64,000 bases of DNA, taken from assembly GCF_000737315.1 (NCBI RefSeq), contig NZ_JMCB01000014.1:124001-188000 (forward strand), read 5' to 3'. The stretch is from Hyalangium minutum. Lineage in GTDB: Bacteria > Myxococcota > Myxococcia > Myxococcales > Myxococcaceae. The notes beneath the pieces were generated by a model that searched no databases, was not told the DNA's origin, and was given only the letters and a program-made list of their open reading frames with translations. Of this stretch, positions 1 through 8,796 are shown piece after piece. Made by a program: the position numbers and the translations under genes. The stretch's first letter is position 1; each line of letters opens with the position of its first letter.

Positions 1-771
1 GGCAAGACGGAGCTGGCCAAGCAGCTGGCGAAAGTGCTGGGGGTGGAGTTCCTGCGCTTCGACATGAGCGAGTACTCGGAAAAGCACACGGTGAGCCGGC
101 TCATCGGTGCGCCTCCGGGGTACGTGGGCTTCGACCAGGGCGGCCTGCTGACGGACGCCATTCGCAAGCACCCCTACGCGGTGCTGGTGCTGGATGAGAT
201 TGAGAAGGCGCACCCGGACCTGTTCAACATCCTGCTCCAGGTGATGGACCACGCGACGCTGACGGACAACAACGGCCGGAAGGCGGACTTCCGGAACATC
301 ATCCTGATCCTGACAACGAACGCGGGAGCGCGGGAGATGAGCACCAAGTCCATCGGCTTCGGGGACGTGCAGGCGCCGGCGGATGCGAAGCGGGCGAAGA
401 AGGCCATCGAGCACACGTTCACGCCGGAGTTCCGCAACCGCCTGGATGGATGGATCCTGTTCAGCGGCCTGTCGCCGGAGGTCATCCTCAAGGTGGTGGA
501 CAAGGAAGTGGGCCTGCTCCAGGCGATGCTCACGGAGAAGAACGTGAAGCTGGAGCTGACGGCGCGGGCAAAGGCGTGGCTGGCCGAGCACGGGTACGAT
601 CCGGCGTTCGGCGCGCGGCCGATGGCGCGGATGGTAGACAACACGCTGAAGAAGCCGCTGGCCGAGGCGCTGCTGTTCGGCGAGCTGAAGAAGGGTGGCG
701 TGGCCCGGTTCGATGTGGAGGGCGATCAGCTCAAGCTGAAGACCGAGCCCGTCGAGGCGGCCACGGCGTAG
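1..771 (+). CDS. clpA: ATP-dependent Clp protease ATP-binding subunit ClpA, C-terminal part (5' end outside the window)
   Basis: Frame 1 is open from base 1: GKTELAK (Walker A tail), RFDMSEY..HTVSRLIGAPPGYVGFDQGGLLT, VLVLDEIEKAHPD (Walker B), FTPEFRNRLD and GARPMAR. This is the Clp/Hsp100 second AAA module, and the FDQGGLLTDA/FRNRLD wording fits ClpA. Confidence 0.9.
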   Translation, partial: GKTELAKQLAKVLGVEFLRFDMSEYSEKHTVSRLIGAPPGYVGFDQGGLLTDAIRKHPYAVLVLDEIEKAHPDLFNILLQVMDHATLTDNNGRKADFRNIILILTTNAGAREMSTKSIGFGDVQAPADAKRAKKAIEHTFTPEFRNRLDGWILFSGLSPEVILKVVDKEVGLLQAMLTEKNVKLELTARAKAWLAEHGYDPAFGARPMARMVDNTLKKPLAEALLFGELKKGGVARFDVEGDQLKLKTEPVEAATA

Positions 772-783
772 CAGCGCCGGTCC

Positions 784-812
784 CCCGGGAGGAGAGCGCC
801 TCTCCTCCTGGG
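784..812 (+). terminator. Stem-loop just after clpA, probable terminator
   Basis: CCCGGGAGGAGAG-cgc-CTCTCCTCCTGGG, a 13-bp stem with one G:U pair, 12 nt after the clpA stop. There is no long U-tract. Confidence 0.5.
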
Positions 813-839
813 TACTGGCCCCCTCCAAGGGGGCCAGTA
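813..839. other. Second perfect inverted repeat (12-bp stem) directly adjacent to the first
   Basis: TACTGGCCCCCT-cca-AGGGGGCCAGTA. Confidence 0.6.
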
Positions 840-850
840 GAATCATTGGG

Positions 851-1462
851 ATGCGCTGGCCGAAGAAGTCCGCGATGGCCATTCCCGCATGTGCACTGCT
901 CCCAGCACTCCTCATGGGACTTGCCTCTGCCTGCGCGGCCAGCAGGCCGCCGAAGTTCTGGCGTGATGCTCAGAACCGGCTCGTCGTGGAGGGCCCACTC
1001 CTCGGCCCCATCGACACTTTGGAGGCCCTTGGGCTTCAACTCTGCGGCGCGCTGCACGAGCGACCCGGAGTCGCTGCAGGTAACCGGCGTGGAGGCCAGG
1101 AGTATTGCGGCGTCATCTATCAACACCCGGGGGATGAGCGCTTCTACGCGAGCCACCCCTCGACGTTGGGGCCACCCCTGGAGGCTCCAGGTGGACGGAA
1201 GCAGTGCTACGTTCCGGATGCGGTGAGCGATCCCAGCGCCCCGGACTCGCGCATCTACGCGGACTACCACAGCCACCCTTCCATCACCCGCTTCTCCCCC
1301 GAAGATCTCCAGGCCCGGCGGCAGCGCTTCTACTTCCGCGTGATGTTCAACCCCATCTGCGAAGTGTATGTGTACGACTTTCAAGCCCGGACAGTGCTTC
1401 AACTGACGGACGGGAAGCTCGTCCCCATCAAGTACGTGACGGATGACCTGCGGGGCGAATGA
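851..1462 (+). CDS. Lipoprotein with JAB/MPN (JAMM)-like, DUF4329-like domain
   Basis: Basic N-region, hydrophobic stretch and lipobox LASA-C. EYCGVIY carries the putative catalytic Glu, and YHSHPSITRFSPED resembles the JAMM H-x-H...S-x2-D zinc motif. Confidence 0.7.
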   Translation: MRWPKKSAMAIPACALLPALLMGLASACAASRPPKFWRDAQNRLVVEGPLLGPIDTLEALGLQLCGALHERPGVAAGNRRGGQEYCGVIYQHPGDERFYASHPSTLGPPLEAPGGRKQCYVPDAVSDPSAPDSRIYADYHSHPSITRFSPEDLQARRQRFYFRVMFNPICEVYVYDFQARTVLQLTDGKLVPIKYVTDDLRGE

Positions 1463-1491
1463 TGCGGCTTGCGGCTCGTGAAGGTGACTGG

Positions 1492-1896
1492 ATGAAGAAC
1501 TTCTCTCTTGGAGTGCTCCTCCTCGCGTGCACGGGCTGCTTCCATCTCCATCGGAAGCCGGTGATTGCTCCAGAGGAGGTCGCCGCCCAGATCCAGTTTC
1601 CCGAGTGGAGCCAGGATGCGACGACGACCCTCACGGGCTCCCAGCTCAAAGCGCTCCAAATTGCACTGGACGACTTCCGGCCCATCGGCACAGCGCCATC
1701 CACGACCGGGGACGCGTACACGAACTGCCTGTTGAAGCTCGAGACCTACGATGCGTGGGTTCGCCGTGGCGAGGGAATGACCTTCATCCACTTCACTCCC
1801 AAGGAGGACGAGAGGTGCGGGCTCCAGCCCACCCTCATGGATGCCGGTGCGAGCTATGCCGTCAGCGACGACGGCGTCATCCTCAAGCGCGAATGA
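1492..1896 (+). CDS. Hypothetical lipoprotein (134 aa), partner of the JAB-like lipoprotein
   Basis: MKNFSLGVLLLACTG-C lipobox, with ATG at 1492 after AAGGTG. An alternative start at 1459 overlaps the upstream stop (ATGA). There are two further Cys in the mature part. Confidence 0.7.
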   Translation: MKNFSLGVLLLACTGCFHLHRKPVIAPEEVAAQIQFPEWSQDATTTLTGSQLKALQIALDDFRPIGTAPSTTGDAYTNCLLKLETYDAWVRRGEGMTFIHFTPKEDERCGLQPTLMDAGASYAVSDDGVILKRE

Positions 1897-1920
1897 CCGG
1901 GAAGAGCTCCCAGCTTCGGG

Positions 1921-3519
1921 CTACTCCACCCGGTAGCTCTGCACGGCGCTGCTGAGCTGCTCGGAGATGATCTGCAGCGTGGTGGCGGCCTCGCCCGCCG
2001 AGCCGATGCGCGCCACCGTCTCATCCATCATCTTCGACAGCTCGTTCACCGCCTGGGTGATCTGGCTGATGCCCACGTTCTGCTGGTTCACCGCCGCCGC
2101 GATCTGCCGCACCGCCGAGGCGTTGTCCTGGACGATGTTCGCCAGCTCCTTCAGGTTCTGCCCCGACGTACGCACCTGCGTCAGCCCGGACTCCATGCGC
2201 TCCGCTCCGCGCTCCGTGATCCGCACCGCCGCCGACACCGAGGAGCCAATATCGTCCAGCAGCTCGCGCACCCGGCTCGTCGCCTGGATGGACTGGTCCG
2301 CCAAGGCGCGAATCTCTCGCGCCACCACCGAGAAGCCCTTGCCGTGCTCGCCGCTGCGCACCGCCTCGATGGCCGCGTTCAGCGCCAGCATGTTCGACTG
2401 GTCCGCCAGATCCTTCACCGTCTGCGTAATGCCGCCGATCTGCTGCGTGCGTTCGCCCAGCTCGACGATCTTCTGCGCAATCTCCCCCACCTGCTGGCGG
2501 ATGTCGTTCAGCCCCGCCATCGTCAGCTCGATGGCCGCCTCACCCGAGCGGGCCAGCTCGTCCGCACGCTCGGCCACCGCCAGCACGCTCGCGGCCTTCT
2601 GCGCGGCCAGCAAGGACGTCTGCTTGATCTCCTGCGCCGTCACCTGCGTCTCCTGCAGCGCCGCCGCCTGCCGGGACACCGTCTGCGCCTGCTCGCCCGC
2701 GGACTGGTTCAGGTGCTCGGTGGACTGCTTCAGCGCGTCCGCCGCCTGCTGCAGGTTGATGGTCACCTCGCGCAGCTTCTCCACCATCTGGCTGAAGCTC
2801 TTCGCCAACCGCCCCACCTCGTCCCCACTCGTCACGTGGATGGGGCGCGTGAGGTCTCCGGACTCCACGATGTGGGCCGCCACGTCTGTCAGGTTCCGCA
2901 GCGGCCGGACAATGGTCCGCACGAACACTGCCGCCACTGCCACGCTCAGCGCCACCAGCACCAGTGCCAGCAGGAGCATCTCTCGAGGCAGCTCCGACGC
3001 CCGCTTCTCGATGTGTTCGCGCGAGATGCCCACGTGCACCACGCCGCGCCCGCCCACCAGCGGCACCGCCACATCAATGGCGCGCGCCTGCCCCTCCTGC
3101 AGGGTCGGCACCTGCACGGGCAGGATGCGGCGCGCCTCCGGCTCACTGGCCAGCCCCGTGGGAGAGATGCGCGCCTCGTTGAGCAGCCCGGGCGGCGGAG
3201 CCCCCTTGAAGGTGTGGGCCAGGACGCGCCCAGAAGGATCCTCCACGTAGATGTATTTGACGCCCTCCTGCACGCGGAACGCGCTCACCAGCAGCTGTAG
3301 GGTGACTTCGTTGGAGCCCTCGGTGTGCTCGACGGCGCGGGTGAACCCCAGGGCGAGCGCGGCGCCCTCGCCAGCGTGAGCACTCAGGAGGTTCTCCTCC
3401 AGGCGCTTCGTGGCGACCGTCGTCAGGATGAGCGCCAGGACGGCGCTGATACCTCCGGTCACCAGGATGAACTTGACGGACAGGCCCAGCGAGGGCCGAA
3501 ACCGGAGGGACAGTCTCAC
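1921..3519 (-). CDS. Methyl-accepting chemotaxis protein (2 TM, periplasmic sensor, HAMP, signalling domain)
   Basis: TM1 near the N-terminus, TM2 LLLALVLVALSVAVAAVFV, HAMP IVRPLRNL...DEVGRLA, and hairpin tip QSNMLALNAAIEAVRSGEHGKGFSVVAREIR. Confidence 0.95.
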   Translation of the reverse strand: MRLSLRFRPSLGLSVKFILVTGGISAVLALILTTVATKRLEENLLSAHAGEGAALALGFTRAVEHTEGSNEVTLQLLVSAFRVQEGVKYIYVEDPSGRVLAHTFKGAPPPGLLNEARISPTGLASEPEARRILPVQVPTLQEGQARAIDVAVPLVGGRGVVHVGISREHIEKRASELPREMLLLALVLVALSVAVAAVFVRTIVRPLRNLTDVAAHIVESGDLTRPIHVTSGDEVGRLAKSFSQMVEKLREVTINLQQAADALKQSTEHLNQSAGEQAQTVSRQAAALQETQVTAQEIKQTSLLAAQKAASVLAVAERADELARSGEAAIELTMAGLNDIRQQVGEIAQKIVELGERTQQIGGITQTVKDLADQSNMLALNAAIEAVRSGEHGKGFSVVAREIRALADQSIQATSRVRELLDDIGSSVSAAVRITERGAERMESGLTQVRTSGQNLKELANIVQDNASAVRQIAAAVNQQNVGISQITQAVNELSKMMDETVARIGSAGEAATTLQIISEQLSSAVQSYRVE

Positions 3520-3577
3520 GAGAACACCGCAGTCACACCGAGCCAGAGAGAAGACGCATCACGCCGCGCCCAGGAGT

Positions 3578-4633
3578 TCATGCCCCATCCCCCCGAGGCC
3601 GATCGTAGGAGGGTTTCAGACAGCAATTCCGGATGAAGTCGGGCATGGCGGACAGAGGCAGGGCCTGCTCGGTGGCGCCAATGTCCAGCGCCGCTTTGGG
3701 CATGCCGAAGACCACCGAGGACGCCTCGTCCTGCGCCATCGTCACACCGCCGCTCCGGCGGATGTCGAGCAGCCCCCGTGCCCCATCATCTCCCATGCCG
3801 GTGAGCACCCCGCCCCCGGCCCGCCCCCCGTACACGCGCGACAGCGACGACAGCAGCAGATCCCCCGAGGGGCAAGGCCCGCCGCGCGTCGGACTGAGCC
3901 GGGCGAGCCCTCGGTCGATGGTCAGGTCATGCCCGTCCAGAGGGAAGTACACCTTGCCCGGCTCCAGCCGCTCGCCGTCGCGGGCGATGCTTACCCCCAG
4001 CGGCGTCACCTGGCTGAGCCAGCGCACCATGCCCGGAGTGAAGCCCTCGGTGATGTGCTGAGCGACCACGATGGGCACCGGCAAGTCCTTGGGCAGCCGG
4101 GACAGAATCTCCGCCAGCGCCGGAGGCCCGCCCGTGGAGGCCGCCAGCCCGAAGATGTCCACCCGCGCTCCCTTGGAGAGCAGAGGCGGAACCACCTCGC
4201 GGATCTTCCGGCGGGAGATGACGGGCACCTCCGCCATGAGGCAGATGGAGTTGGTCAGTTCCCGGCCCCACTTGCGCAGTTCCTCGCCCGAGGTGACGTT
4301 CGGCTTGGCGATGAGCTCGAGCGCCCCCGCCCGGATGGCCTGGAAGCCCAGGTCCGCGCCGCGGTCCGCCACGGCGCTGACGACCAAGATGCGCGCGGGC
4401 GCGTCCGACATGATGGCGGCGATGGCGGCGGGCCCGTCCAGCCCTGGGAGCAGCAGGTCCATGGTGATGACGTCCGGCCGCAGCAGACGGGCCAGCGACA
4501 CCGCGCGGTTGCCATCTCCGGCGCGCCCGACAATCTCGATGCGGGGCTCCTGGGACAGGAGCGTCGCCATCGTATTGACCATGGTGGGGGAGTCATCCAC
4601 CACCAGCACGCGAATGGGGCGATTCGTGTTCAT
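3578..4633 (-). CDS. cheB: Chemotaxis response-regulator methylesterase
   Basis: N-terminal REC (VVDDS, MDLLL). Catalytic triad motifs AASTGG, QHI and LTGMGDDG. Confidence 0.95.
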   Translation of the reverse strand: MNTNRPIRVLVVDDSPTMVNTMATLLSQEPRIEIVGRAGDGNRAVSLARLLRPDVITMDLLLPGLDGPAAIAAIMSDAPARILVVSAVADRGADLGFQAIRAGALELIAKPNVTSGEELRKWGRELTNSICLMAEVPVISRRKIREVVPPLLSKGARVDIFGLAASTGGPPALAEILSRLPKDLPVPIVVAQHITEGFTPGMVRWLSQVTPLGVSIARDGERLEPGKVYFPLDGHDLTIDRGLARLSPTRGGPCPSGDLLLSSLSRVYGGRAGGGVLTGMGDDGARGLLDIRRSGGVTMAQDEASSVVFGMPKAALDIGATEQALPLSAMPDFIRNCCLKPSYDRPRGDGA

Positions 4634-6849
4634 GAGCGCCCTCCCCGCCGGCTCATGACGTCGAGTACGACCTTCAGCAACTGGCCCTCGGCGCAGTCGC
4701 GCTTGCTCAAGAAGTCGTCCGCGCCCGCAGCGCGGCCCCGCTCCCGCCCGGACTCATAGGTGGACACCAGGATGACGGGCAGATCTCGCGTCTCCGGCCG
4801 CTCTCTCACCGTGCGGATGAACTGCTCGCCATCCATCTCCTCCATCTCCAAGTCGCAGATGACGACGTCGTAGCTGTCCGTCTGCAGCCGCTCCAGCGCA
4901 CGTGCGCCACTGGAGGCCAGATGCACGGTGAAGCCACCCGCCTCGAGCATGGCCCGGTGCAGGGCCCGCGCGGTGAGCGAATCATCCACCACCAGGGCCC
5001 GGCGGTGTTGCGGCGTGGAGGGCGCCAAGGTCGCCGGCTCGGACACCAGCCAGCTCGGGCGGAGGATGAGCATCAGCTCGCCCCGGCTCAAGGTGGCGGC
5101 GCCTTGGTAGGCAGGCACGTCGCGCACCTCGGCGGGCAGCGGGCGGATAACGAGATCCCGGTCGCCCACCACCGCGTCCACCGCGAGCGCTACGCGCTTG
5201 CCGCCAGCGCTGATGACCATGAGGGGCTGTCCCTCGGAGGGCATGTGGGCGGCGCGCAGGCCCAAGCGGGAGCCCAGGTCCACCACCGGGAGCATCTGCC
5301 CCTGGTACTCAAGCTGGGCGCGACGGCGCGTGACGCGCAGGGCGCTCATCTTCGTGAGCTGGGTGGCCTCCACCGCCAGCATGGGCAGGCCCATCATCTG
5401 ATCGAACACCCGCACCACCAGCACGGGCGAGCTGCCCAGCTCCACCGGCAGGGTGAGCATGAAGCGCGTGCCCTGTCCCAGCGTGCTGGCCACCTCGATG
5501 CGGCCCTGGAGCGTCTCCACCGCCGCACGCACCGCATCCAGCCCCACCCCGCGGCCCGAGGTGTCCGTCACGTCCGTGCGCGTGCTGAAGCCCGGCCGGA
5601 AGATGAGGTCGCGGATCTGGTTGTCATTCATCCGCGCCAGCTCTTCGGGGTTGGCCACGCCGCGGTTCTCGGCAGCCTGGCGCACGCCCTTCACGTCAAT
5701 GCCGCGGCCGTCGTCGCTGGACTCGAGGAAGAGCAGGTTGCCCTGCTGCTCGATGCGCAGTGTGAGCGCGCCCTCGTGGTGCTTGCCCGTCTTCTCGCGC
5801 TCGGAGGGGGTCTCCAGGCCGTGGTCCACGGCATTGCGCAGCAGGTGCACCAGCGCGCCGTTGAGCTTCTCCAGCAGCCGCCGGTCCAGGGACACCTCGG
5901 CGCCCACCACGGAGAGCCGGGCCTCCTTGCCCAGCTGGCGGGACAAGTCACGCGCCATGCGCTGCAGCGGCTCGAGGATGGTGCGCACCGGGCGCGTGGT
6001 GATGGCCTTGAGGCCCTCCTCCAGCGCGTCCACGACATCCGCCGTCTCCTCACCATCCGAGCGCATCGCGCGGCCCACGCCCGAGAGCAGTGTGCGCGCC
6101 TCGGCTGTCTCAGCCAGCAGGCCTTGCCGGGCCAGCAGCGTCACCACGCGCTCAAGCTCGCGGGAGCGCTCCTCCATGCGCAAGCGCACCTCGCGCAGGC
6201 GCTCCACCTCGCGCATGAGCGTGGTCACCTGCCGCGAGCTCACGCGCCAGCCCGCACCCTCGGACTCACTCACGTGGGTCTCGTCGCGCGACCCGTCCAG
6301 GGAGGACGTCATCGTCGCGGCGGCCGTGACGGTGGCGGGCGATGGGGGCTTGGTGGCGGGCTTCACGACGGCAGGAGCCGCAGGGGCCGCCGAAGCAGCG
6401 GGAGCCGCCGGAGCAGGGGGAGCGAGGGCAGCGGGCTGCTCCGGAGGCGGGGCCTCGGTGACGAGCTGGGCGAGCGCGACGGTGTAATCCGGCAGCGAGT
6501 CCCCGCGCCCATCCGCGTGCGCGTGGACGCGCAGCATGAAGATGTCCAGGCCGTGCAGCAGCACGTCCACCACCTGCCGGGGCATCTGCTGGACAGTGGC
6601 GCGCAGCGGGGCGAGCGCGTCCTCCAGCTTGTGGGCAATCTCGCTCAGGTCCTGGAGCCCGAGGCTGGCGGCGCTGCCCTTGAGCGTGTGCAGGTAGCGG
6701 CCCAGACGCTGGTAGGCCTTGGTGAGCCCGTCGGTATCGAGCACCCCGCGCTCGAGGTCCAGCAGGTCCATGGTGACCTTCTGGCAGACCTCCTGGGCCT
6801 CGGCGGCGAAGCCCGCGACGAGCCCTTGCAGGAGCGGATCAACGGCCAT
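4630..6849 (-). CDS. cheA: Hybrid CheA (Hpt-dimerisation-HATPase-CheW-REC)
   Basis: Hpt LHTLKGSA, HLLRNAVDHG, DDGRGID, SGRGVGL, CheW domain and C-terminal REC (VVDDS...VICDL). ATG at 6849 (MAVDPLL) is preferred over the ORF-track start at 6894. Confidence 0.95.
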   Translation of the reverse strand: MAVDPLLQGLVAGFAAEAQEVCQKVTMDLLDLERGVLDTDGLTKAYQRLGRYLHTLKGSAASLGLQDLSEIAHKLEDALAPLRATVQQMPRQVVDVLLHGLDIFMLRVHAHADGRGDSLPDYTVALAQLVTEAPPPEQPAALAPPAPAAPAASAAPAAPAVVKPATKPPSPATVTAAATMTSSLDGSRDETHVSESEGAGWRVSSRQVTTLMREVERLREVRLRMEERSRELERVVTLLARQGLLAETAEARTLLSGVGRAMRSDGEETADVVDALEEGLKAITTRPVRTILEPLQRMARDLSRQLGKEARLSVVGAEVSLDRRLLEKLNGALVHLLRNAVDHGLETPSEREKTGKHHEGALTLRIEQQGNLLFLESSDDGRGIDVKGVRQAAENRGVANPEELARMNDNQIRDLIFRPGFSTRTDVTDTSGRGVGLDAVRAAVETLQGRIEVASTLGQGTRFMLTLPVELGSSPVLVVRVFDQMMGLPMLAVEATQLTKMSALRVTRRRAQLEYQGQMLPVVDLGSRLGLRAAHMPSEGQPLMVISAGGKRVALAVDAVVGDRDLVIRPLPAEVRDVPAYQGAATLSRGELMLILRPSWLVSEPATLAPSTPQHRRALVVDDSLTARALHRAMLEAGGFTVHLASSGARALERLQTDSYDVVICDLEMEEMDGEQFIRTVRERPETRDLPVILVSTYESGRERGRAAGADDFLSKRDCAEGQLLKVVLDVMSRRGGRS

Positions 6850-7453
6850 GACGCGCCCCCGTTCCGCCGCGGATGAAGAGGCGCGCGGGATCAATCAAGT
6901 GGACGAGCTGCTGCTGGCTCTGCTGCGGTCCGAAGAGCACTTCGATGATGGGGCCCTCGGCGCGGGCGCGGGCAGCTTCCACCGCGCCCACGGGGATGCC
7001 GATGGGGCGCGGAATGGCCTCGCAGTCCACGGCGCACAGCTCACCGTCTCCGCGGTCCACCACCAGGAGCACGGCGGGGTCCTGCCGCCATCCATGGCCG
7101 CCCAGCAGCGAGGCCAGGCTGAGGGCCGCGAGCACCTGGCCCTGGAAGCGCAGCACGCCGATGACGTGGGGCGCGGACAGCGGCACGGGCGTCACCATGC
7201 GCAGCGGGAGCGCGGCGCGCAGGGCCTCGAGCGGCAGGGCATAGCGCTCCTCGCCCAGGGGGAACTCGGCCACCAGGAGCACGGCCTCCTCGCGGTTGGC
7301 CTCGGCCTGGTCCAGCCCACGCAAGCGCTTGGCGCGCTCCTCCAGCAGATCGCGGACCTCCTGCTCCTGCGCCTCATCCGGGAGCCGGGGCAGCAAGTCG
7401 CGCAGCTCGCCCTCCTGGGCTTCATCCGGAATCCGGGGCGGCGAGGTTTTCAT
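6839..7453 (-). CDS. cheW: CheW coupling protein with acidic N-terminal extension
   Basis: ERYALPL...VTPVPLSAPHVIGVLRFQGQVL. It overlaps both neighbours. Confidence 0.9.
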   Translation of the reverse strand: MKTSPPRIPDEAQEGELRDLLPRLPDEAQEQEVRDLLEERAKRLRGLDQAEANREEAVLLVAEFPLGEERYALPLEALRAALPLRMVTPVPLSAPHVIGVLRFQGQVLAALSLASLLGGHGWRQDPAVLLVVDRGDGELCAVDCEAIPRPIGIPVGAVEAARARAEGPIIEVLFGPQQSQQQLVHLIDPARLFIRGGTGARHGR

Positions 7454-8796
7454 TCAGCGGCTCCCAGGTTGAGGTAGGCGTCCGCCGACGCCTTGTAGAA
7501 GCGGGCCGGGAGGGACTCGGGCCCTTCGACGATCTGATCCGGAGGCAGCACCGCGGCGCGGTCATGGACGGCGCGCATGAGGGGGTAGGCCGCCGAACGG
7601 GAGCCAGAGCGCTCGCGCAGAAGCGCCAGCTCCAGCAGGCCGGGGAGGTAGTCTGGGTATTGCTTCACCAGTGACTCCAGCACGAGCGTGGCCTGGATCA
7701 TCTGCCCCTGCTCGATGTGCTCCAGGGCCACCAGGTGCAGTTGCGAGGGCGCACGCGTGGGGGACTCGGGAGGCTTGGGCGACGCCGGGGCCACCGTGGG
7801 CAGTCCCGTGCTCGAAGGCCTCGAGGGGAGCTGGGCACCGGGAGGCACGGGAGCGGGAGTCACCACGGGCAGTCCCGTGCGCGACGGCGGCCGATGGCCG
7901 GACAGCGCGCCAGGAGGCAGCGGAACGGGGGTGATGGCGGGCAACCCTGAACGGGACGGAGGACGGTAGGAAGGCGGGGGCGCCAGCTCCGGGTGCAGCG
8001 GGCGGTGGAAGGCCTGCAGTTCGGGAGGCCCCACGCGCACCATGCCGTCCGGGTGGCGATCCACCTCCACCGTGCCCAGGAAGAGGTAGCCCCCGGGCGC
8101 GAGCGCGCGGAAGAGATTCTGGATGGCCAGCTCCCGGGCGGACGGAGAGAAGTACGTGAGGACGTTGCGGCAGAGGATGAAGTGGAACTGGCCGAGCACC
8201 GCATCCAGGGGCGACAGCAGGTTGCCCGACATGAAGGTGGTGACGTTGCGCACGCTGTCGAAGATGATCACCTGCTTCTCATCGAGCGGGCGGTAGAGCG
8301 GGAACAGGTGCGGCGCGGAGTCTCGGCGGGACCAGGCGCCGTAGGTGGCCCGCCGCGCCACCGCGAGGCTCGCCTCATTCAGATCCGTCCCAATCACCTC
8401 GATGGCGAGGCCCGAGGGCGCGGAGGCCAGCAGGCAGGCGGCCAGCGAGTAGGCCTCCTCTCCAGTGGCACAGCCCGCGCTCCAGCCGCGCAGGCGAATG
8501 GCCCCGGCGCGCAGCACCCGGGGAACGCCCTCGCGGGCAATGAAGCGGAAGTGCTCCGGGTGGCGGAAGAAGTACGTCTCTCCCACGAGCGAGGCGCGGA
8601 GGACGGCGACGGAGAACTCGCTCTCGGGGCGCTCCAGCTCCGCGAAGAGCTCGGACACGGAGCGTCCGCGCCCCACCTCCGCGCGCACCAAGCGCTCCAG
8701 GGCCTCGGGGGCGATGGCGTCATCGCGAAAGCCCGTTCGCTCGGAGATCAGCTGCCGCGCCCGGGCGTACAGCAGCGGATCGACTCCCCCCGTCAT
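7450..8796 (-). CDS. cheR: CheR methyltransferase with Pro-rich linker and TPR-like C-terminus
   Basis: GETYFFRHPEHF, WSAGCATGEEAYS and ILCRNVLTYF. The C-terminus is helical and repeat-like. Confidence 0.92.
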   Translation of the reverse strand: MTGGVDPLLYARARQLISERTGFRDDAIAPEALERLVRAEVGRGRSVSELFAELERPESEFSVAVLRASLVGETYFFRHPEHFRFIAREGVPRVLRAGAIRLRGWSAGCATGEEAYSLAACLLASAPSGLAIEVIGTDLNEASLAVARRATYGAWSRRDSAPHLFPLYRPLDEKQVIIFDSVRNVTTFMSGNLLSPLDAVLGQFHFILCRNVLTYFSPSARELAIQNLFRALAPGGYLFLGTVEVDRHPDGMVRVGPPELQAFHRPLHPELAPPPSYRPPSRSGLPAITPVPLPPGALSGHRPPSRTGLPVVTPAPVPPGAQLPSRPSSTGLPTVAPASPKPPESPTRAPSQLHLVALEHIEQGQMIQATLVLESLVKQYPDYLPGLLELALLRERSGSRSAAYPLMRAVHDRAAVLPPDQIVEGPESLPARFYKASADAYLNLGAAE

